DNA of 64,000 bases from Cyanophyceae cyanobacterium (GCA_038321985.1 JBBQFN010000002.1:64001-128000), one strand, 5' to 3'. Numbered from the stretch's first letter, positions 12,701 to 21,352 are shown. A program made the numbers and translations. Notes: generated by a model not told the origin, from the letters alone.

Positions 12701-13166
12701 ATGCCGCGCGGCGATCGCCTCCTAACGCTTGATCTAAATCCGGATTAACCGCTAAGTAGTAATTTAAATCGATAAATTGAGAAAAGGGGCGATTTTCAGC
12801 AAATCCCCTTGTTAAAAAGTGTTGAAATGCTCCGGGCAAATTTCCGGCAAAGGCAGGGGCAAGGTCAGGATTTCGGGCAACATAAAAATCGAGGTCTAGT
12901 AAGGGAGAGAAACTGCGCCCCTCTGCAATCCCCCACCCTTGAAGGTGCTTTAAGACTTGGCTGTTAGAAGTGAGTCCGGCGAATGCTAAATCAGGATTTT
13001 GTTCTCGATAATAATTGAGATTAACAAAAGGTGAAAAAGCTCGCCCTTCGTCTAAACCGGAGGTTTGAAAATGTCTGTATAGTCGGTCTGGTGTGGCAAT
13101 CCCAACGGCTGCTAAATCAGGATTAACAGCGAGATAATAGCTAGCATCAAATAATTCTAAAGACAT
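9717..13166 (-). CDS. S8 (subtilisin-like) serine protease with N-terminal YLAxNPDL repeats and multiple PPC-like domains
   Basis: Catalytic motifs VAVIDG, HASHVAG, GTSMAAP; repeated D(Y/F)Y(K/R)F...L..GTYFV units. Confidence 0.9.
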   Translation of the reverse strand: MSLELFDASYYLAVNPDLAAVGIATPDRLYRHFQTSGLDEGRAFSPFVNLNYYREQNPDLAFAGLTSNSQVLKHLQGWGIAEGRSFSPLLDLDFYVARNPDLAPAFAGNLPGAFQHFLTRGFAENRPFSQFIDLNYYLAVNPDLDQALGGDRRAAFNHLLNTGITEGRRYLPGDMGVLNPSHTVGADPNARPVVSSLDTEDYYKFRLDTFSDISVKLDGSNASANIQLIRDLNNNGIADDAEVQEAIAADKAPISQLDRFATAPGTYFVKVSESEGDTAYQISVSAAPSNLLSKPRPGSTLTEALWLGDLTRPQARQGFIGNGNVQDFYRFTVNSPSDLRLSADNLSANVQIQVIQDRNENGLIDSGEIVSAQGDANRSPIDLNRDGKIDFMEYLNSFRPEEEPEQFPSTVYLSGLGPGTYFARILQVDNETAYDLMLESIPSGVPASGARNNEPIGFAQIGVLSDHFEIADFIGEANPYDFYQFEIQDTQNIDIKLQSLQQNADFFLMQDINNDGLFTFQEFITYPGDEPSLNPQINRILGRGTYFLGVVKQGGNTPYFLTIDKTTAALPSSGAGNTLATAADLGPLSEKQIKNDFLESTNPEDYYKFSLDSFKEVSAFLYDLSGNAQLSLIKDINGNSLIDPEEIIVSSESQGAAVESINRILGPGTYFVRGNTIQGDSTYYFSLEANPAEISGNMAGNGVADAFNFGLLDRVQRTSGIIGPENPNNFYQFQIDRPQTVSLFLDGLSTNAELYLVQDRNSNQAIEPEELVALSTQPGSTLEQIHLTLDPGTYQILVSQVGGPTYYDLSISPQLFNRSSGYGMVNAAAAVAAATGTAPFLETPPQVGSNWVSDMVNAPAVWNQGYTGQGVIVAVIDGYVDYTHPQLEGNIWTNSQEINGNGIDDDGNGFVDDILGWNFLDGNNEINRIDPLEGHASHVAGIIAGNNNGIGNSGIAPNATIMPVVVIGPFTGEEERIAQGIRYAVDNGARVLNLSLGGGSVNTTLKEALIYAKEKGAVIVSASGNDGLNSSAGNERFSSIRYPAAYASEFGIAVGAVNRDRQVADFTNRAGTDLLDYVVAPGEDIYSSVPINTYDFWKGTSMAAPVVSGVAALMLNANPNLTPEQVEQIITGTANPNGIIEDGAFDFLG

Positions 13167-13658
13167 CGGTGATGGGTCCAGAAGTGATTTCTATTCGCTA
13201 GGATGACTCCTATTAAAGCATCAAGTTCCAGAACCCTTGGGATTTAGTAACAATAATTCATGTTTGTTGCTACGGCTATGAAAATTTATTACGAGTTTAA
13301 AGGGTAATAGTCTGCTGAAGTCAGCTTGCTTTTATAAAAGTCCCAGTCCTGGAGGGCAGGTGCAACCCAGGCCCTAGATTTTTCTAAAAATAAAGGGCTT
13401 GCATCATTCTAGATCGGTGCCCACCACCTCTCTTACAAAGGGGGCTTTTTAAATTTAGGCAAAGCGTCTAATACCCCGGCCATTCTTCCGATAAAGGTGC
13501 AACGGCTGTATTCCGAATCTATAAGCGATCGCCTGCTACAGTCTCAAAGGATTTGCCTCATTGAATATTACTCGGGAATTCTATCACCCTGGGGGTAAAA
13601 TTTAGCCTAATTTCTAGTGATTTCTGATACAATAAGAACCGATTAGTTTACTTAAAGA

Positions 13659-15383
13659 GTGACCATCACAGGAGGGAATGAAATTCTGTTACCATCCCAT
13701 CCTACAAACGAAATGCCAACGGTAGTAGGGAGTATTCAGACCCTCCCCGCCGATGTTGTGCATCTGATCGCTGCCGGAGAGGTGATTGACTCTCTGGCGG
13801 CAGTTTTGCGGGAATTGTTGGAAAACGCCCTAGATGCCGGTGCAACACGGATTTCGGTCTCAGTGTGGCCCCAACTCTGGCGCGTGCGCGTGGCAGACAA
13901 TGGATGTGGGATGGATTTGGCGAATTTGCAACAGGCAGCAACCGCGCACAGTACCAGTAAAATCCACAATGTTTACGATTTGTGGAAAATTACCAGTTTG
14001 GGATTTAGAGGGGAGGCACTGCACAGTTTGGCGCAGTTGTCCCAGTTAGAAATTAAGAGTCGAGTCGGGGAGGGTGAGGGATGGTGCGTGCAATACAACT
14101 CCCAAGGTGAGGCAGTGCAAGTGCAACCCACGGCGATCGCACCGGGAACAATCGTGACTGTCTGTGATCTGTTTGAGCGCTGGAAACCCCGGCGTCAAGG
14201 GTTGCCGTCTCTCCCCCAACAAGTGAGATTAATCCAGCAGATGATTCAACAAATTGCGTTATGTCATCCGCAAGTGATGTGGCAGGTAGAACAAGACGAT
14301 CGCCCTTGGTTTAAAATTACCCCCGGACAAAGTGCACAGCAAATTCTGCCCCAAATTCTGCGCGGGGTCAAGAGTGGAGATTTAGAAGGGTTAACTCTCT
14401 CCCTGAGTGAGGAGGAGTCAATCGCCCTAGTGTTAGGGTTGCCCGATCGCTGTCATCGCCCCCGTACAGATTGGGTGAAAGTAGCGGTAAACGGGCGCTT
14501 TGTACGATCGCCGGAATTGGAACAAACCCTAATTGCCGGATTTGCGCGGACTTTACCCCGCGATCGCTACCCCGTATGTTTGCTACATCTGCACGTTTCT
14601 CCTGAACAAATTGATTGGAACCGGCACCCCGCCAAAGCTGAGATTTATCTCAAGAATATGACTCAGTGGCAGGAACGAGTCACTCAGGCGATCGCTCAGG
14701 GGTTGCAGTGGAATCCGGAAACCGCACCCGGCGCAGCCCAACAGCGAGTCACCCAGCTGCTCAAGGCATCGGAAGAAAAAGGGGTTTACCAGGTCAACAG
14801 TACCCCCGCAGACCCGTCTAAATCAGGCGATCGAGTCCAACCCTTGCACCTGCGTGCTGTCGCCCAAGTCAGCCAAATGTATATCGTTGCTGAACATTCT
14901 AACGGATTGTGGTTAGTCGAACAACATATCGCTCATGAGCGCATTTTATACGAGCAACTCTGCGATCGCTGGCAACTCGTTCCCATCGAACCCCCCATTA
15001 TCCTCAATCAACTCACTCCGGCACAACTCGAACAACTCAACCGCCTCGGACTCGATATTCAACCCTTTGGCAGTGAATTATGGGCGATTCGTACTGCACC
15101 GGACCTGTTAGTACAACGGAACGATTGTGCAGAGGCACTCCTAGAACTCAGTTTAGGAGGAGACTTGCAACAAGCACAGGTTGCCACCGCCTGCCGCAGT
15201 GCCATCCGCAACGGAACCCCTCTGACATTACCCCAGATGCAAGATATTTTAGACCGCTGGCAACGCACCCGCAACCCCCGCACCTGTCCCCACGGCAGAC
15301 CGATTTATTTGGCCTTAGAAGAGTCATCTTTAGCCCGCTTTTTCCGCCGTAATTGGGTGATTGGAAAAAGTCACGGCATTTAG
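13659..15383 (+). CDS. mutL: DNA mismatch repair endonuclease MutL (start may be the ATG at 13713)
   Basis: IAAGEVI, ELLENALDAGA, GFRGEAL, EQHIAHER, CPHGRP. Confidence 0.96.
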   Translation: MTITGGNEILLPSHPTNEMPTVVGSIQTLPADVVHLIAAGEVIDSLAAVLRELLENALDAGATRISVSVWPQLWRVRVADNGCGMDLANLQQAATAHSTSKIHNVYDLWKITSLGFRGEALHSLAQLSQLEIKSRVGEGEGWCVQYNSQGEAVQVQPTAIAPGTIVTVCDLFERWKPRRQGLPSLPQQVRLIQQMIQQIALCHPQVMWQVEQDDRPWFKITPGQSAQQILPQILRGVKSGDLEGLTLSLSEEESIALVLGLPDRCHRPRTDWVKVAVNGRFVRSPELEQTLIAGFARTLPRDRYPVCLLHLHVSPEQIDWNRHPAKAEIYLKNMTQWQERVTQAIAQGLQWNPETAPGAAQQRVTQLLKASEEKGVYQVNSTPADPSKSGDRVQPLHLRAVAQVSQMYIVAEHSNGLWLVEQHIAHERILYEQLCDRWQLVPIEPPIILNQLTPAQLEQLNRLGLDIQPFGSELWAIRTAPDLLVQRNDCAEALLELSLGGDLQQAQVATACRSAIRNGTPLTLPQMQDILDRWQRTRNPRTCPHGRPIYLALEESSLARFFRRNWVIGKSHGI

Positions 15384-15503
15384 TTCAACGTCCCGACTTC
15401 AGTCGTTCTCTTATCTTAGTTCGTAGTAACGCCTTCAGGCATTATCCCGCCCATGTTCAACGTCCCGACTTCAGTCGTTCTCTTATCTTAGTTCGTAGTA
15501 ACG
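15383..15503. repeat. Two identical 49-bp direct repeats (15383-15431, 15455-15503) built from CGACTTCAGTCG hairpin units
   Basis: Direct sequence comparison; related units at 62808-62900. Confidence 0.9.
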
Positions 15504-15523
15504 AAACAGCCCTAAGATTGAAG

Positions 15524-16072
15524 CTACCGCAGCGTTTCCGCAAAAGCCTTGATAGTTTGCTGTCCGCGTTGTGTATTTCCCGTAGTCAAGAAGTCTAGGA
15601 TTGCGCCTTGAAATAAGTGAAATAGCGATAAAGCTGTAGTTTTATCGTTGGTGATATTAAATAAATAATCTACCCACTTCTTGTTCTCTTGCTCAATGAA
15701 ACCTTGTGTTTCCGAGTCGCCCTGGATAGCACGTTGATTTAGCTCCATCGCCAGCTTCAGCAAGCCGTACATGGCGGGTGAAGTCAAATGGCTCCACATT
15801 TCGAGCAGGGGTTCTGTTAGACAAGTAGCCCCTTCCAGGGATAGACTTTGAAATGACCAGAGCTTTTCGCGCAAGCGAGTCTCTAATAACCCAATGAGTT
15901 GTCGCTCTAATTCTTGTTTTGAGCCAAAGTGATAGACAAGCATTCGTCCGCTAGTGCCTATCCTCTTGGCGATCGCATTGATGCTCGAATCCAATGCTCC
16001 TGCCTCGATGGCAGCAGCTAGGCATTGCTCCAGAAGCTCTTGCTTCTTCTGCGGTTCAGTCGGTCGGCTCAT
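15524..16072 (-). CDS. TetR/AcrR family transcriptional regulator
   Basis: HTH SINAIAKRIGTSGRMLVYHFGSKQEL. Confidence 0.9.
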   Translation of the reverse strand: MSRPTEPQKKQELLEQCLAAAIEAGALDSSINAIAKRIGTSGRMLVYHFGSKQELERQLIGLLETRLREKLWSFQSLSLEGATCLTEPLLEMWSHLTSPAMYGLLKLAMELNQRAIQGDSETQGFIEQENKKWVDYLFNITNDKTTALSLFHLFQGAILDFLTTGNTQRGQQTIKAFAETLR

Positions 16073-16082
16073 GGGTTGACAG

Positions 16083-16133
16083 TTAACGTAATAACTGTTA
16101 CAGTAATGATTAACGTAATATTTATTACGTTAA
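16083..16133. promoter_or_regulatory. Tandem operators in the divergent tetR promoter region
   Basis: Perfect 11-2-11 palindrome TTAACGTAATA-TT-TATTACGTTAA (16110-16133) and a degenerate copy at 16083-16106. Confidence 0.75.
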
Positions 16134-16155
16134 CACCATTAAGTAGGGCAAAACC

Positions 16156-16584
16156 ATGAAGATAAGAGATAGAATTGGCTTCATAGTCCTTGGCTTGGTC
16201 ATCTGGGCAGCAGGAACGTTGGTTTATCGCTTGACTGGTTCCTTCTTCTTTGAAGGTTCTGCTACGGGATATTGGGTCAATGTCGGTTTCACAGGCATTC
16301 TATGTGCCATTGTTTCGCTCGGACTAATGAAGTGGCGGAAGATTAAGCAGCAAGATTGGTTACAGGGTGCAATCTGTATTGCCTTGCCGGGAATGCTAGG
16401 GGAGATTCCAATTCTTGCTAGTTTTTCTGACCTGATGGGCAATATGCAACCGGAAACAGCAGGGCGGTATGCAGCCCTTTTGTTTGGATGCTATTCGACA
16501 GTAATTGGCACGGCTGGGTTCATGTCTGCAAAAGCTAGTTCTCAGCCGATTTCTGAACCAGAGTTCGTAGGCACAGAGCAATAA
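16156..16584 (+). CDS. Small 4-TM membrane protein (DUF5367-like)
   Basis: Hydrophobic helices; IALPGMLGE and FSDLMGNM motifs; divergent from tetR. Confidence 0.75.
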   Translation: MKIRDRIGFIVLGLVIWAAGTLVYRLTGSFFFEGSATGYWVNVGFTGILCAIVSLGLMKWRKIKQQDWLQGAICIALPGMLGEIPILASFSDLMGNMQPETAGRYAALLFGCYSTVIGTAGFMSAKASSQPISEPEFVGTEQ

Positions 16585-16680
16585 AGAGCGATTTGCAGCG
16601 ACGCCCGCTAAAAAGTTAAGGAAGCCGACAGCTATGAAGATCTTGCTACGGGTGCTTAAGGCTTCCTTTGCCATATATTA

Positions 16681-17850
16681 TACGGAATCCGGTTGCTCCA
16701 GGTCTGTTATAATAACTGAAAAAATCTCAGAAAAATAGCCATGCCCAAAAAAGTCGAATTAGAGCCTCACTTAAGTCATTCGGACCTAAAAGCGCGATAC
16801 CGCGCCTCTTGTGACCCCGTAGAAGCACGACGTTGGCACCTACTTTGGAAAGTCGCCTCGGGGTGGAGGGTGAAGGATGCTGCATCGGTTGTGGGTCTAA
16901 ATTATGACTATGCCCGCCGAGTTGTCAAGAAATATAATGAAATGGGTATAGATTCGGTTAAAAATTCTCGCCATAAAACTCCCATAAACCATCAAGGAGG
17001 TAAAAAACCTATATTAAATCCCCAGCAATTAGAGCGGTTAAAAGAAGCGCTACAAAAGAAACCCGTAGATGGGGGAGTTTGGACGGGACCTAAAGTCGCT
17101 CGATGGATGGAACAAGAAACTGGACGTAGTAAAATCTATGATTCTAGAGGATGGGACTACTTAAAAAAGTTGAGATACTCCTGGCAGAGGCCAAGACTTA
17201 AACATCGAAAAGGTTGCCCAATTGAACAACAAGAATTCAAAGAAAAATTACCTAAAAAAGTTAAGCTGCTTCAAGAATCTAATCCCAAGGCTGAAGTAGA
17301 AGTTTGGTTTTTTGATGAACATCGCGTTGGGTTGAAGCCGATTTTAGCTAAAGTCTGGTCCCCAGTCAACGAAAGACCTTCAGCGATTGTTCATCACAGA
17401 TATGAGTGGTTATATGTCTATGGATTTGTCAACCCAAAAACTGGAGAAACCTACTACTATTTAATACCCCGAGTCAACGTTCAATGGTTAAATTTAGTTT
17501 TTGAGACTTTTGCCAAAGAAGTTGGAGCGGGTGAAGAGAAAATTGTGCTAATTGTTGAAGATAATGCCGGATGGCATAGAAGCCATAAAGTTTGTTTACC
17601 TCTGGGGATAAAAATTGAACCTCTTCCGCCTTATTCTCCCGAGTTACAACCAGCAGAGCGGTTATGGAAATTGGTGGATGAGCCATTAGTCAATACTTAT
17701 TTTAATTCCTTAGACGACCTGGAAAAAGTCTTAGTTGAACGCTGCCGTTTTCTTCAAGAAAATATGCAAACTGAAATTAGGGCTTTGACCAATTATCATT
17801 GGTTGACCTATTGAGCATTTGTTGTAGACTTTTACCAAGCGGATTCCGTA
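16681..17850 (+). mobile_element. IS630-family insertion sequence with TA target duplication
   Basis: Ends TACGGAATCCGGTTG (16681) and CAAGCGGATTCCGTA (17836-17850) are inverted repeats with one mismatch, each ending in TA; encloses a transposase. Confidence 0.93.
16741..17814 (+). CDS. IS630 transposase (HTH + DDE), single uninterrupted ORF
   Basis: WFFDEHR, VEDNAGWH, LPPYSPELQPAERLW. Confidence 0.95.
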   Translation: MPKKVELEPHLSHSDLKARYRASCDPVEARRWHLLWKVASGWRVKDAASVVGLNYDYARRVVKKYNEMGIDSVKNSRHKTPINHQGGKKPILNPQQLERLKEALQKKPVDGGVWTGPKVARWMEQETGRSKIYDSRGWDYLKKLRYSWQRPRLKHRKGCPIEQQEFKEKLPKKVKLLQESNPKAEVEVWFFDEHRVGLKPILAKVWSPVNERPSAIVHHRYEWLYVYGFVNPKTGETYYYLIPRVNVQWLNLVFETFAKEVGAGEEKIVLIVEDNAGWHRSHKVCLPLGIKIEPLPPYSPELQPAERLWKLVDEPLVNTYFNSLDDLEKVLVERCRFLQENMQTEIRALTNYHWLTY

Positions 17851-17867
17851 TTAGGAGGATTTAGAAG

Positions 17868-18917
17868 ATGGAATATGTTGAAAATACACAGATAAACCGT
17901 AAAATTTCAGCAAAAGAAACTCTTATTTCGCCAGGTTTCTATACAACCAGCCTTAAAAAGTTTTCTAATGTGGATACTTTAAGCTTTCACGAAGCCTTTA
18001 ATACGGCGATCGCTAATTTAAAGGGCGACTACACTAAAGAGAGTTATGTCCGTGACGAGAGATTTAACCAGTCCTGGGATCACATTCAAGGTGATGCACG
18101 AGAACTCATCGTTAAACTTCTGGAAATGTACTGTGCGGCTGAATACTCAGGATTTATTCTCTACAAAGAATTGTCGTATCAACTGAAGGAAAAAAACAGC
18201 GTCCTTTCAGAGGGATTTGCCCTGATGTCTCGTGATGAAGCCCGCCATGCGAGTTTTTTAAATAAAGCTCTTTTAGATTTCAATATCAAACCTAAATTAG
18301 ATTTCCTCAATAAAGAACATAGGAAATATATCTTTCTCCCTTTTTCATGGTTTATCTACTCTACCTATCTGTCTGAAAGAATTTCTAGCTGTTATTACAT
18401 AACCATTTTTGAGCATTTAAAGTCTAATTCTGAATACTTTATCTATCCTATTTTTAGTTTTTACAAATCCTGGGGTGAAGATGAAAATCGACATGGAGAT
18501 TTCTTTGGGGCAATTATTAAATCACAGCCACAGTTTTCTAAGGGACTAAGGGCAGTATTAGTTTGTAAGTTCTTTTTGCTGTTGATTTTCAGCATGACAT
18601 ACTTTAAATATAAAAGTAACGACAAGCTCCTTGCATTGCTTGGGTTAGATGCCCGTGAATACTATATTTCTACAATTCAAAAAGTCAATAAATCTATTAA
18701 AAAAGATTTGCCTGTAGTTCTTGATATTGAAGGGTCACGATTTTTTGAGAGGTTAGAAACTTGTTTTTCCCATATTTCGGAGAATCAAAGGATTGACAGT
18801 TTAAAGGAGAAAAAGCTCTTAAAATTGATTAAAAAAATTCCACATTATTTTAGTATTTTATTGATTATGTTACGTTTATTTATCATAAAGTCAATTAGTA
18901 CGAGAGAGGAGAGATAA
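17868..18917 (+). CDS. acsF: Diverged AcsF/CycI-like diiron protein (Mg-protoporphyrin IX monomethyl ester cyclase family)
   Basis: AEYSGFILYKE, MSRDEARH, YLSE, DENRHGDFF; AGGAGG RBS; many family-typical residues changed. Confidence 0.8.
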   Translation: MEYVENTQINRKISAKETLISPGFYTTSLKKFSNVDTLSFHEAFNTAIANLKGDYTKESYVRDERFNQSWDHIQGDARELIVKLLEMYCAAEYSGFILYKELSYQLKEKNSVLSEGFALMSRDEARHASFLNKALLDFNIKPKLDFLNKEHRKYIFLPFSWFIYSTYLSERISSCYYITIFEHLKSNSEYFIYPIFSFYKSWGEDENRHGDFFGAIIKSQPQFSKGLRAVLVCKFFLLLIFSMTYFKYKSNDKLLALLGLDAREYYISTIQKVNKSIKKDLPVVLDIEGSRFFERLETCFSHISENQRIDSLKEKKLLKLIKKIPHYFSILLIMLRLFIIKSISTREER

Positions 18918-19039
18918 CTCATTATTAGTCATTGATGCAATTCGTCAAGTTGTTGAAAAAATCTGTTGCAGTAGTGTTTCATAATCAGCCATACGGAACG
19001 GACGAGTGACCTCTTAAAATTTAGAATGAAATAGCCCTG

Positions 19040-19798
19040 CTATAACTTAACCCGCTGATTAATTTGCTGCCGCATCTCCGGGGTAATAATATCTGGTCCA
19101 ATCCCCGGATTAACCAGGGGAACCTTGATAAAACTGATATCATCTTCTCCCATAAACTTGCGGTCATTATTAGTATCTTGAACCACTTTCAGTAATAACA
19201 CCCGTAACGGTTTATCTATTTGCCAGAATACCAATTGAGTGTTATCTGGCGTCACCTGGTTGAGATTTTTCCCTGAAGCATCAGCGATGTAGCCAATCAC
19301 GGCATCCTGGCGATCGCGATTTCCATCTTGATTTGTATCTTTAGGAATCACTTCTACAAAAACAAACTGATTTTTAATCGGTTCCCCCGCTTCATTTTCT
19401 TCATTAATGAGTTGAAACGAAGAAATTAATGTATTTTCGCTTAGGAGTAAATGTGATTCTCCCGTGCGCCGATTATGAAAAATTAAATTATAAATCGTCA
19501 TCAGACTCATGCGATCGTAGGCAGAATCTCGATAAACATCCGGAGAAAATAGACTTTTTGCGCTTTTTTCATCGCCCTCAAACCCAACCGGAATCATAAA
19601 ATAGTCCGATTGTTCAGGAAAAATTAATTCCCCATAAAAAATAGGCGGTTCGGTATCACTGGCGTTGGCAGTTGTGAGAGGGCTTTTGCGGTTCAGGGTT
19701 CCGGTACAAGCTAAAGATAGGACACATAGCAAGGAGGCGATCGCATACCGTCTCCAAGGTCGTATCGCCGTGGTTTTGAGGAATTGATGACCGTTCAT
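19040..19798 (-). CDS. Putative lipoprotein with DxNxDG (EF-hand-like) motifs
   Basis: Lipobox LSLAC; DTNQDGNRD and DTNNDRKF. Confidence 0.75.
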   Translation of the reverse strand: MNGHQFLKTTAIRPWRRYAIASLLCVLSLACTGTLNRKSPLTTANASDTEPPIFYGELIFPEQSDYFMIPVGFEGDEKSAKSLFSPDVYRDSAYDRMSLMTIYNLIFHNRRTGESHLLLSENTLISSFQLINEENEAGEPIKNQFVFVEVIPKDTNQDGNRDRQDAVIGYIADASGKNLNQVTPDNTQLVFWQIDKPLRVLLLKVVQDTNNDRKFMGEDDISFIKVPLVNPGIGPDIITPEMRQQINQRVKL

Positions 19799-19864
19799 TT
19801 ATGTATGCCTCGACATCAAATAAGGTGTTTTAGGGCGTCGGTATCGGATGAGATTCAGGGGACC

Positions 19865-19930
19865 AGAAACCCGGTTTCTGTCCTAACTTGATGCTAATTC
19901 CCCTAATCTTGAGCCAGAAATACGGTTTCT
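19865..19930. repeat. Dispersed ~66-bp element: two AGAAACCCGGTTTCT-type palindromes 51 bp apart
   Basis: Same architecture at 21187-21253 and 49584-49649. Confidence 0.75.
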
Positions 19931-20019
19931 AACCTTTATTGTACCCACGTTTTAGGATGATGCTACAACCCGAGTCATAGGTTTTCCAGTTATCCTCATT
20001 GATGTCTGGGGGGAATTCC

Positions 20020-20577
20020 TTATAAACCCACAGATTTTGCCATAAAAATATCCGGTTTCCCTTTACCATTGGCATCGGGCATGACGCTGACGATTTCAAA
20101 CCCACACTTTTGATAAAATTCATAGGGATGACCTCGCAAATTTTGAATGGTGCGAATTTTTTCCCATAGATTAGAATAAAGATTGACCCCGGAAAGACTG
20201 GTCATATTCGTTTCATCATCGGTCCCCAACCAGAGGGTTAATGCACCGCGTTGTCTGACTTGTTCTTCTAAATCTTGCAGCAGGGTTCTGCCAATTCCTT
20301 GGCGGCGATAATCCTCCGCCACCACCAGGGGATGAACTTCCCAAACCTGGCCGTTATATTGAGAGATTCCGCCCACCCATCCTAAGAGTTGACCGGCCTG
20401 ATTGATGGCAACTCGGTTAATTCTATCCTCGGCGAATGAATCCAAAACTTCTTGTCTTGCAGCCTCGATTGTGGGCCATGATTCCGGCCAGTTTTCTCGG
20501 AACCCTTCCACAAGTAATTGAATCAAGGGTTCGAGTAAGATATCTCGGTGTTCGTTCAAGTTAAGCATATCAAGCAT
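20020..20577 (-). CDS. GNAT acetyltransferase, AAC(6')-I-like
   Basis: WEVHPLVV, RRQGIG, LGTDDE, HPYEFYQKCGF, PDANGKGKPDIFMAK. Confidence 0.85.
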   Translation of the reverse strand: MLDMLNLNEHRDILLEPLIQLLVEGFRENWPESWPTIEAARQEVLDSFAEDRINRVAINQAGQLLGWVGGISQYNGQVWEVHPLVVAEDYRRQGIGRTLLQDLEEQVRQRGALTLWLGTDDETNMTSLSGVNLYSNLWEKIRTIQNLRGHPYEFYQKCGFEIVSVMPDANGKGKPDIFMAKSVGL

Positions 20578-20584
20578 AAGGTGA

Positions 20585-21136
20585 TTATCGGTGATGGCTA
20601 ATTAATTTAGATAAAATTCTAGCAATATTCCAAGCATCATCATGTCCTCGATGGTGAGTTCCTTCTAAAGGCAAATTCAGTCGTTCTAATGCCTCTGCCA
20701 TCCCCACTTCTTTTTCTAAAGCGTACATCACCGAAAACAGAGTTTTTACATTAATGTGACGATTACTAAAGGGATAGCGAACCCCTTGTTTTTGGCATTG
20801 GATTTCAAATTGCCGTTTATCAAATTCGCCATAACTGGCCCAAATTCTTTGGTAGGAAATATATTTATTTCTGAGAATTGAGCAAGCTTTGCCCAAGGAT
20901 ACGCCCTGATTCACTTGTTCCTGAGTTAAGGTGGTGAGTTGGGTGCAAAATCCGCTGACTTGGGACTGTTTGGGTTTGACTAAGATACTTTCTTTTTCCA
21001 ATAATTCACCGGAGGCAATATTGAGAGGACAAATTCCCACCTCGATAATTTCTCGTTCTTGATTGGGAGGTGGGTCTTTTTCCCAACAGGTGGCTTCGAT
21101 GTCAACTACTATAATTTGATCCAGCCTGATTGCCAT
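20585..21136 (-). CDS. DEDDh 3'-5' exonuclease (KapD/ERI1-like)
   Basis: VVDIEATCW, EIIEVG, HHRGHDDAWN. Confidence 0.9.
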   Translation of the reverse strand: MAIRLDQIIVVDIEATCWEKDPPPNQEREIIEVGICPLNIASGELLEKESILVKPKQSQVSGFCTQLTTLTQEQVNQGVSLGKACSILRNKYISYQRIWASYGEFDKRQFEIQCQKQGVRYPFSNRHINVKTLFSVMYALEKEVGMAEALERLNLPLEGTHHRGHDDAWNIARILSKLISHHR

Positions 21137-21186
21137 ATTTGAATAATTTGAAGGAGGGGGTAGGGTGTCGGTAGAAAAGGGGGAAG

Positions 21187-21253
21187 AAAAACCGGGTTTC
21201 TTGACAAGATTTGTGGCAATATGTAACCCAGTTGGTAGAGAAACCCGGTTTTG
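21187..21253. repeat. Dispersed double-palindrome element (second copy)
   Basis: AAAAACCGGGTTTCT ... AGAAACCCGGTTTTG, 52 bp apart. Confidence 0.75.
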
Positions 21254-21352
21254 GGGGTGTGAATTTTAAATTTATACTGGCGGGAGAACGACAGCAAGTC
21301 GTTACTACCAACCTAAGAAGAACGACTGGCAGAGTTTTTCCTTGTCTTGAAG

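Noticed and set aside
15383..15503. 49-bp direct repeat as a CRISPR array
   Set aside because: Only two units, the repeat is longer than the 23-bp spacer, and it belongs to a dispersed hairpin family
19865..21253. Palindrome-36 nt-palindrome units as mini-CRISPR arrays
   Set aside because: Repeats are only 15 bp, there are two per locus, the interiors resemble each other rather than being unique spacers, and there are no cas genes
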